From: Hydrurus foetidus
Taxonomy: Eukaryota
Assembly: GCA_900617105.1 (NCBI GenBank)
Contig: UYFQ01000001.1
Coordinates: 4,278,001-4,342,000 of the forward strand
Direction: 5' to 3'
Length of the DNA: 64,000 nt
The position numbers and the translations under genes were made by a program. This document shows positions 19,981 to 29,300 of this stretch, one piece after another. Every line of letters starts with the position of its first letter. Within the stretch, counting starts at the first letter, position 1. The notes under the pieces were generated by a model. That model did not search any database. It saw nothing but the letters and a program-made list of their open reading frames with translations, and was not told where the DNA came from.

Positions 19981-19994
19981 TGAGAGCGCTGTCA
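19981..19994. promoter_or_regulatory. Degenerate LacI operator (autoregulation)
   Basis: TGAGAGCGCTGTCA, 2 mismatches to the consensus, 60 bp upstream of the LacI gene. Confidence 0.7.
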
Positions 19995-20234
19995 AAAATA
20001 TTTTTCCGATGTGTCCCTGGCTCCGGTCAAGTATTTCAATCACATCCACAAACGCTTGCAGCGCTAAGTCTTCAAGCTTTATCCTACCGCGGAAATCCCG
20101 CCTGAAGAAACTAGGCAAGCGGTCAGCATGTTTCATTTCTATAAAAATCTGAGAAGGCTGACACCGTTTTGACTTACTCCAGAATTAATCTGCGGGGGGT
20201 CAATTCTGGGTTGAATTCAACACAGAAGTACCTA

Positions 20235-21747
20235 GTCATCCCTGATAAACCCCACAAACCCAGAATCCATTGGGGTTAGCGGCATGTTTACTGGTACGAA
20301 TATTGCAGGCTTTGAGGTCATATTGACTCCAATGCTTGCAAATTTATGGCACTGCGCGAGACTCTCCACGACCCCGATATTGACCTGTTTCGCCAAGAGC
20401 TGGTCAACCTGATTGATCTGCGCCACGAGCTATGCGTGCTCTATGGCAAAAATAACTGGAAAGCACTAGAGCACCAGTTTGGCGGATTGTAGGCAGCTGG
20501 CGTTGGCCGCCACGGTCATCCCATCCGCTTGATGGTTGACCTGCAATTGCTCAAGTACTTGCGAAACACCAGCGATGAAGAAGTCGTCGCGACCTGGGTT
20601 GAGAACCCCTACTGGCAATACTTCTGCGGTGAGCAGTATTTCTGCCACGACCTGCCCATCGATCCCAGCTTGATGACGCTCTTTCGCAACCGGATTGGGC
20701 AAGAAGGCTGTGAATTCATCTTGGGCCTGACGGTGCAAACCGGCTTGACCACCAAGACTATTCAGACCAGCTCACTGGCAGTGGTCAATGTCGACACTAC
20801 CGTGCAAGACAAGGCAGTAGCTTCCCTCACCGATGCACGCTTGCTCAATAAAGCCCGCATCGCTGTGGTGAAGTTAACCCAGCAGGTGGGAATCAAACTG
20901 CGCCAGCCCTACACCTTCATCGGCCAGAAGGCCTTTGTGCAGTCAGCTTGCTACGCCCATGCGCGCCAGTTCAACCGGGCAAAGGCACAGACCAAGAAGC
21001 TGCGAGTCATGCTGGGCAGAGTCATCCGGGACACCCAGCGCAAGAGTGAGCAACTGCAGTTGCCAGCCAAAGCGCAGGCGCGGCTAAACAAGCTGCTGGG
21101 GATTACCAAGCGGTTTCACAGCCAGCAGCGGGTGCGTGCCGAGGGCGATTCGCCCAAGATTTACAGTGTGCCTGCCCCCGAGGTGAAGTGCATCGCCAAA
21201 GGCAAGGCGCACAAGCAGTACGAGTTCGACGTCAAGGTCGGTTTGGTGACGACCAGCAATGCGTCGTTTGTACTGGCTGCGGCGTCTTTGCCTAGCAATC
21301 CGTATGACGGGCATACGCTTAAAGCTTTCCTGGATCAAGCCATGCGCACTCGTGGCGTGGCCGCTGAACAGGTGTTTGTGGACAAAGGTTACAAGGGGCA
21401 CGGTTGCACCACCGATGAGTGCAAGGTGTTTATCTCGGGTGTCAAGCGGGGGATCACACCAGCGCTGCACAAGCGATTGAAGCGGCGCAGTGCAATTGAG
21501 CCGGTGATTGGGCACATGAAGTCGGACAGTAAGCTGGCTAGAAACTTGCCTACAAAGGCGCGAACGGGGATGCCGTCAGTGCTTTGCTGTGCGCCTCTGC
21601 GCACAATCTGCGCAAGATCCTGAACAAGCTGCGGCTTTTTTGCGCTCAGATGGGAATCAGGCTACCCGACCTGCTCGCGATGCTGCGTTTGGAACAACGC
21701 TGGCGCTTTAGGTAAAACTTGAAAATAGTGAGTTTCTCAGGGACGAC
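20235..21747 (+). mobile_element. IS5-family insertion sequence (degraded)
   Basis: Terminal inverted repeats GTCATCCCTGATAAAC (20235-20250) and GTTTCTCAGGGACGAC (21732-21747), 14/16 match, each flanked by TA. Confidence 0.85.
20346..21715 (+). pseudogene. IS5-family DDE transposase pseudogene
   Basis: MALRETLHDPDIDLFRQELVNLIDLRHEL...; in-frame TAG at 20490-20492; ENPYWQYFCG, VDTTVQ, VDKGYKG, RSAIEPVIGHMK; frameshift near 21550 before KGANGDAVSALLCASAHNLRKIL. Confidence 0.85.
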
Positions 21748-21782
21748 TAAATACGGGCGTGACAAGCTCCTTATTTAATAAC
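21748..21782 (+). repeat. 43-bp bipartite motif, truncated copy abutting the IS right end
   Basis: TAAATAC GGGCGT GACA AGCT CCTTATTTAA TAAC. Confidence 0.7.
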
Positions 21783-21793
21783 GATTGGGCGCC

Positions 21794-22063
21794 TTAAAAA
21801 TGCGGCGGCAAGTCGTCATGCAGGCTGCGCGCTGCGCCCAAGCCGCCGTCGGTCGAGGGCTGGCGCAGGTCCGCCAGGCCCCTCATCAGCAGGTCAATTT
21901 GCTGCTGCTGGCGCACAACTATCAGCTCCAGCTGCTCGACCAGGTCTTCAGCGTAAGTGGCTTTGATCTCAAGAGCAGTCAGGCGCTGCTCGGCCTCGCT
22001 GTTGCTAGCGCTTTCGGCTTTTACAGCGGTTGAGGTAATAGAGCCCGAAGTTGTCATAGACAT
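21794..22063 (-). CDS. slyX: SlyX family protein
   Basis: RLTALEIKATYAEDLVEQL...QQQQID...PPHF; start ATG 22063. Confidence 0.85.
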   Translation of the reverse strand: MSMTTSGSITSTAVKAESASNSEAEQRLTALEIKATYAEDLVEQLELIVVRQQQQIDLLMRGLADLRQPSTDGGLGAARSLHDDLPPHF

Positions 22064-22079
22064 ATTTGATATCAAAGTA

Positions 22080-22730
22080 TCAGTCTCCCAGGTCAATGGT
22101 TTGAACCAAAAGCAGATCAACTGGCGCAGAGTAATCAGCTATTACCCATATTCGGGGGGCGGGTGCTGAATATTTAAGCCAACACAGCAGGTAGGCAATT
22201 GATGCTGCATCGAGCGCGGCGAAGGGTTCGTCTAGCAGCGTAACTGCCGCACTTGCAGCAATTGCTGCCGCTAAAAACACCTTGCGTTTTGAACCCGTAG
22301 ACAGCATGAAAAGCTGCTTGTGCAAATGCGCATCAAGGCCCAGGCCTACGGTCATTTGTGCAAGTATCGCGTCATCAAACCTTAAATAAACGCTGCGCTG
22401 CAATTGAAAATAATCCAGCGCCGTAAGAGCGTCAAATGTGTCCGAGCGCGGCTCCGCGAAAAACAGGTTCGCCTTGTACTTGGCGGGCTGGGTTTGCAAG
22501 TCAATCCCATTGATTTGCAGCTGCCCGCTTTGGGCTGGCAAAGTGCCTGCCAGCAGTCGCAGCAAAGCGCTTTTGCCGCGCCCGTCGCCCCCTCGCAGCA
22601 GGGTTGTGCCGGGCGGGAACCGAGCCGTGAAATTACTGAACAGGTTTGTGCGCGGGTAATTGAAAGTTAGGTCGCTCGCTTCAAGGGTCGCAGTGAAATC
22701 AATGGAAGTCATCGCTCTATTGGACATCAA
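22080..22730 (-). CDS. Stand-alone ABC-type ATP-binding protein
   Basis: GGDGRGKS, LSTGSKRK, LLDEPF. Confidence 0.75.
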   Translation of the reverse strand: MMSNRAMTSIDFTATLEASDLTFNYPRTNLFSNFTARFPPGTTLLRGGDGRGKSALLRLLAGTLPAQSGQLQINGIDLQTQPAKYKANLFFAEPRSDTFDALTALDYFQLQRSVYLRFDDAILAQMTVGLGLDAHLHKQLFMLSTGSKRKVFLAAAIAASAAVTLLDEPFAALDAASIAYLLCWLKYSAPAPRIWVIADYSAPVDLLLVQTIDLGD

Positions 22731-22783
22731 GAACGATCAGATCGCATTCAGATCGCTACACCCAGGCACCAGCCGCATTCATC

Positions 22784-23305
22784 TCAGTTACTTTGTGGGC
22801 CGCACTTTTCCTGGGGACTGGGTATGGCATTGCATCTGTCAAACGCTTCTGCCTTCACGCCGCCGCGTGTGGTTCTGAACGGGGCGAAGCAGGCACCGCT
22901 TTCATCGAAAAGGCGCCACCAGGTTTTGCAGTCGGTGCTCTCGGTTACTGCTTCGGCGGGACGTTTGGCCGCGGGTAGCGGCGATGCAACTGGTGGCGCG
23001 GCAGCGTTTGATGCGGCTGGCTGCGGTGCGCTGGCTTTGCTATCGCGATTTTTGGCTCCTTCAATCACTGCGCGCCCCTTGCCATTCACATCTGGGGTGA
23101 GTGAGTGGGTGCAAGTGACGATGCCCTTGTACCTGTCCGGGACGACGTCTGCAAACTGTACCTGCCCGTTTTCGTCGATCCAGCGACAAACTGAAGTGGC
23201 TTCAGCGGGCACTGAAATGACAAAACACGCCACAATTGCCAACCCACTTAAACAGAAGGAGTGTTGTCGATCACAGGCAGCGTTACCAATATTCAGAGTG
23301 TTCAC
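22784..23305 (-). CDS. DUF4124-like exported protein
   Basis: Signal-like segment followed by VCRWIDENGQVQFADVVP. Confidence 0.65.
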   Translation of the reverse strand: MNTLNIGNAACDRQHSFCLSGLAIVACFVISVPAEATSVCRWIDENGQVQFADVVPDRYKGIVTCTHSLTPDVNGKGRAVIEGAKNRDSKASAPQPAASNAAAPPVASPLPAAKRPAEAVTESTDCKTWWRLFDESGACFAPFRTTRGGVKAEAFDRCNAIPSPQEKCGPQSN

Positions 23306-26300
23306 GATGTTTCCTTTGTCGATTCAGCCACCACCAGCACAAAGGCTTGTGCGGGCAGCTCTGCGAGCCGCAGCACCTCTCCCACCTTTACTGTCCGATC
23401 AGGCTTAAGCTCTGTTTCTTGCCCGCGCTGCCAGCGCACGGTCACCACTCGCCCGTCAAGACGCAGCGCGACCTCAAACGAGGGCCAGTCGGCGGGAACG
23501 CACGGCGTTAGCGACAACTCGCCGCGCCGCATGCTGAGCCCCAGTATGCTTTCTAACGCCGCGCGATACAGCCAGGCTGCAGAGCCGGTGTACCAGCTCC
23601 AGCCACCGCGCCCGGTGTAGGGGGCAGCGCCGTAAATATCGCCTGCCGTCACGTAAGGCTCCAGCTCGTAAAGCGGGCCGCGTGTGGGGTGCTGGCTGCG
23701 GTGCAAAGGGCTGATAGCTTTAAAGCTTTCCCATGCGCCTTGCGCATCGCCGGTTTGCGCCTGCGCCATTAACGCCCAAACGGTGGCATGGTTGTATTGG
23801 CCGCCGTTTTCACGCACTCCGGGCGGGTAGGCCTGAATGTAGCCAGGGTTATTGGCGGACTTTTGAAACGGCGGGGTTAGCAGATGAATAAGCCCGGCAT
23901 CGTCATCAATCAATTGCTGCGTCAGAGATTGCATGGCGCTTTGCACAAAAGTGTCCGTTGACGCCCCGGACAGTACCGACCACGCCTGCGCAATTAAATC
24001 GATTTTGCATTCGTCGTTGCTTGAAGAACCCAACGGCGCGCCGTTGTCAAAAAAGGCACGCCTGAACCATTTGCCGTCCCAGCCGTGGGTATGCAACGCC
24101 TCTACCCAGCCTTGCCGCGCGTTTAACCATTTGTCGGCGCGCTCCAGGTCGCCGCGGGCTTTGGCCAATGGCGCAAAGTTTTGCGACACGCTGCACAAAA
24201 ACCACGCCAGCCACACCGATTCGCCCTTGCCTTCATGGCCGACACGGCTCATGCCGTCGTTCCAGTCGCCGGTTCCCATGAGCGGCAGGCCGTGTGTGCC
24301 GGTGGCCAGGCTGCGGTCAATGGCGCGAGCGCAATGCTCGTAGACCGATGCCTGCGTGCCCGAGATGTCCGGTGCGTAGTAGGCGTCTTCCGCACCCGGC
24401 GGTATGGCTGCGCCCTCTATAAACGCAACTTGTTCATCAAGAAGTGCGGTGTCGCCCGTTACATCAACATAGTGAGCGCAGGCAAACGGCAGCCACAACA
24501 AATCATCGCTGAAATGGGTACGCACGCCTTCACCACCTGGGGCGTGCCACCAGTGCTGCACATCGCCTTCAGCAAACTGGCGGGATGCGTTCAGCACAAT
24601 TTGATCGCGCAAGCGTGCCGGTGCCACGACAGCAAAGGCCATGCTGTCTTGCAATTGGTCTCTGAACCCAAACGCGCCGCCCGCTTGGTAAAACCCAGCT
24701 TTTGACCAAAGCCGCGAGGTGAGTGTTTGGTACAGCAGCCAGCGGTTAACCAGTGCGTCAAACAGCGGATCAGGCGTAGTGACTTGAATGTGCCCAAGCA
24801 AATCGCCCCAAAACGACCTTACTTTTTTGTACGCTTGCGCCACGTCTTGCTTTAGCCAGGCGGTGGCCAGAAGTTCTGCTTGCGTTGCGTCATCAGCGTG
24901 GCCAATCATGAACGTGAAACCGAACACCTCGCCAGGTGCCAACGTAAAGCTGCTGGCCAGCGCGCCGCATGGGTCAAACCCGCCGCCACTGCGCTGGCTC
25001 AGCGTAGTCGGCCACATAAGCTGGCCAGACACGTCAAAAAACTCGCTTCGATCGCATGTCCACTGCACCACGCCGGGCAAGCCGGCCAGCGCTAAAAACG
25101 CGGTACTGCCGCCAAAGCCGGCGCGAGTTTGCCGTTGTTGGGCCATGACGGCGCTAAGGTGGGGCGGGCTCCAGGTCAACACCGTGCGGCGCTCTGTGGA
25201 GTTGGCGCCCATTTGCCATTCAGCCATTGCGAGCGCGCGTAATGCGCGCGGCTTATTGCTGTTGTTGCGCAGCTGCACGTGCACCAGTTTGACCGGTGCA
25301 TCGCTGGCCACAAAAAAAGTGGTCGCTGTCTCTAGCTGATCGTGCGCAGATTCAAAAACACTGTAGCCCTGGCCGTGGCGCACGCGGTAAGTGGCTGCTG
25401 TTTGGTTTGCGCCCGCCGCCTGCTCAGTTGGACTGCGGTGGTTACCGGGCGTTAATCGTAAAAACTGCGACGTTTCAATATCTTGCAACAGGTAGTGTTC
25501 ATGGCCCGGGTCTTCAACGGGGTCATTGCTCCACGACGTGACTTGGTGCAGTCTGCTGTTGGTTGCCCACGTGTAGCCGCTGCCAGTTTCAGACACCTGA
25601 AAACCGAACGTTGCGTTAGCGATCATATTGACCCACGGGCGGGGTGGCCGCTGGGTGGGGCTGATGTTGAACTGAAATTCGCCATTGGTGCTGTCAACGC
25701 TACCCACAGGCGTTTTAATGAAATGAGGCGTCGGTAGTGCTGGGCGTGCGGGCTGCTCAACTGCGGCTGGCTTGGCCGATGGTGACCACACCGTTTTTAG
25801 CGCGGCGATTTGCGATTCAATGGGTCTGCCGTCGGCAATAAAAACCACTCGCGCCATGCTGGTCAGCGCCGCTTTTTCTTGCGGCGACACCTCATGCTCG
25901 CGCAGCAAGTAAAAACCCGCTGCATTAGAGGCCGGAAAGCTGTGCTGCACTTTTTGCATCAAGCGGTCACGCTGCGCCACAATTTCATGCTGCAGCGGCG
26001 ACAAATACGAGTTGTCTTCACTGTTGAGCACCACCACATCAGTGGCCAGTGCGCCAAAGCTCCACCACGGCTGTGCCCGCAGCAGTGACTGGATCAACCC
26101 CATGCCTTCTGCGGAATGAATGCGCACCAACAAAATCGGTTTGTCGCCCGAAATGCTTAGCCGCCACAGCTGCCGCTGGTCAATCAGCGCGGTGCCGCTG
26201 CTTGGTCTGGGGCTGCTGCACATCAGTGCGGTGGCTAAATCTTGCAAGGCGGCGTTTTCATCAGCGTCTATGCCAAGGTCGCGCAGCCGCACTTGCGCCA

Positions 26301-29300
26301 GCGTGGCGGCCATGCGAGCGGCGCGCTCCAGGTGCATGGGCTGCAGGTATTTATCAATTCGTCCCGCCAGCTCTGTTGCATCAGCCGCAGCGGTAGTGGC
26401 AAAGCTGAGCCGGGCCACGCCACCAGCAGGTATGCGCACCTTGACGCGCAAACATGCCACGGGGTCAAGTCCATTGACCGGCGTTTGATCGGCGTGTTGT
26501 GCGTGGCCTTTCGCCAAAGCGGGTTGCGCGCGGCTGCGGTTACGCCCTAAAAATTCGCGGCGGTCTGTGATGCAGTCTAGCGAGACGATGTCGGCATCGG
26601 CTTCGGCCAAAAAATGCGCGGCAGACAGCGCGGCGTCGCCCTGCAGCCGCGGGCGGCGGCTCAACAGCAAGGCCCGCCACGGCGCATGCCAGGTGGTGTT
26701 GATGAACAGGTTTGAAAACGCGGGGTGGGCCTCGTCGGCTTTGGCATCGGCCAAGACCACTTCAAAGCTTGATATCACGTCGTATGTGACTGCGACGTCT
26801 TGCCGGTTGGTAATCACCACGGTGCGCAGCTCGGTGTCGTCTTCGGGGCTGACAAGTACGGTCGTGACCGCGTGCATCTGCTTTGACGTCGCATCAAACT
26901 GCACGCGGTCGGCCATAAAGCAGCAGCTGTAGCGCCACTGGGGGTGCGGAGCCGGGTGCGCCGTAACTGAATAGCCGGGTGAGTCATTGCCCGCGCTGAG
27001 ATAGATAAAACTGCCGTACTCGTCGCGCAGCAAATCGTCCCGCCAGCGGCTGATGTTGTGCCAAGCGTGCTGGTACCGCCAGCGGCTAACGCCCGCGCCG
27101 TTGGGCCGCAGCGCCACGCTGTAGTGCCCGTTAGACAGCAAGTGAGTAGGCTGCCACTTGTATGTTTGCGGGTTGATAGTGCGCGACTGAAAAGCGCTGT
27201 TGGGCGTGCCTTCGTCCAAGGCTGGTGCACTGCGCGGATTGGCACTGCTGATAATTTGCCGGGGGCAGCGCTCTTGCAGCAAGGTGTCGTAGGCCGCTAC
27301 CAGCGGCGTTTGCGAAAACCAGCGCTGCGGCGCTTGGCCGCACAACACATTGCACAGCGCCACCAGCGCCATGCCCTGATGGTGGGCCATGTAGTTTTTA
27401 ACGACGCTGAAGTTTTCGGTGTGCGGCTGGTGTGCGGCGGTAAAGTCAACCGCGTCCATGAAACCGAATTCACCCCGCGTGTTCAGCAGCTCCAAGCGCC
27501 GCAGGTTGGCAATAGCTGGTTTGGGCAGCAGCATGGTTGCCATCAGGCTGGCGTACGGTGCCACCACTTTGTCGCTGGCCGGTGTGCGCCGAAGCGCCAG
27601 GCGCGGCACGCCAAAAGGTGAATACTGGTAGGCCAGTGAATGGTCCTGTGCGAAGTAGGCTGATTCAGACACACCCCAAGGCAGGGCTTGTGCAGTACCA
27701 AACAATTGCTGCTCCATTACACCGGCCAGGCTGGACGAATGCAGCAGCCCCTGCTCGGGTTCTTGCATCACCAGGGACGGCATCAAGTATTCAAACATGG
27801 AGCCTGACCATGACTTGAGCCCGGGCGTGACCCCGCTTGATAAAAATGCGCGGCCAAGCGCCATCCAGTGGCGGCGGGGCACGTCGCCTTTGGCAATGGC
27901 AACAAAGCTGGCCAGCCGCGACTCAGACGCCAGCAGATCGTAGTAGCTGGCATCCAGCACATGGTCTTGCACGCGCAAGCCGATATGAAACAAGTGCCGC
28001 TTGGAGTTGTAAAGACTGCTGAAGTTCATGGCCATGCACAGCTGCATACACTGCGCGGCAGTGCTGCCCAACTGCTGCTTTTCAATGGCCGTAGTGTCTG
28101 CTTTGGCCGCCAGACTGATGCACGCACCGCTGGTTGCCAGCAAATGCCCAGCGAGGTTGCCACTGTCCACCGTGGACACATAAGCGGGCTGCAACACGTC
28201 GAGCGTTTCGGTTTGGTACCAGTTGAACAAATGCCCATCGTGCTTGGGCAGCTTGTCTATCGTGGCCAAGGTGGCCTGCAGGCGGCTGATTGTCTGTTCC
28301 GTGTTGATCCAACCAAATTCGCGTGCGCAGGTGACAGTGAGCAAGTACAGCCCGATGTTGGTGGGCGAGGTACGGTGCGCTAACGTCGGCTCGGTATCAA
28401 TTTGCAGATTGTCGGGCGGCAAATGGTTATCAAGCGGGGTAATGCAATGTTCAAAAAAGCGCCAGGTGTCACGCGCAATGCCCATCAGGTAAGCGCGCTC
28501 GCCATCGTCAAGCCGCTGGGCTTGGGGTTGGCGTGCGGGGAGGCTGGCCCACCAAGCAAAAGCTGGGCTTAGCGCCCACAGCGCTAACAGCGCAGCGCCG
28601 GCTGCTGGGTGCGGACTGTACAGCAGCGCCAGTGCGCCCAATGCAATGGATGCCGTTGCCGTCAGAGCATGTTTGCGCACAAAAGCACCCAGCGTGTATT
28701 TGGCGGCGGCTTGGGCTTGGGCGGCAGTGGTCCACTGCAGCAAATGCTTGCGGCTGATGCCCATGCGCCACAGGGCCCTTGCAATGGCGTCAAGCTGCAA
28801 CCCCGCTTTATGAAATAGCTGCGTAAATTGCCACGCCGCCGCACCAAACGAGCGCCACAGCGCAGCCATGCCGACATGAAAGAAATGCCGCAGCACAATG
28901 CCGCGCCGGGTGGGCACCAAAGACGCCAACGCGCCTAGCAGTGGCCCCGCCAAAAAGGCGGCCAGCACCATGGCAACCGCTCGACCCAAAGGCATGGCGC
29001 CAGTGAAAATCACCCACACCAGCAGAGCCGACGAGGCCGGTACCACCAGCGAGCGGCGCAGGTTGTCCAGCATCTTCCACAAGCCCAAGCTGTCTATGCC
29101 GTAGTGTGTGCTGCGCACCATCAGCGGCAGTAATTGCCAGTCGCCTCGCGCCCAACGGTGGTGGCGCGAATCGTCAACGCCTGCATGGTGCGGATGGTCT
29201 TCGACCAGCACCACGTCGCTGACATACGCGCAGCGGCTGATGCTGCCTTCTAGCAAGTCATGACTGAGAACTGATTCGTCGGCCAAGCGACCATCCAGCA

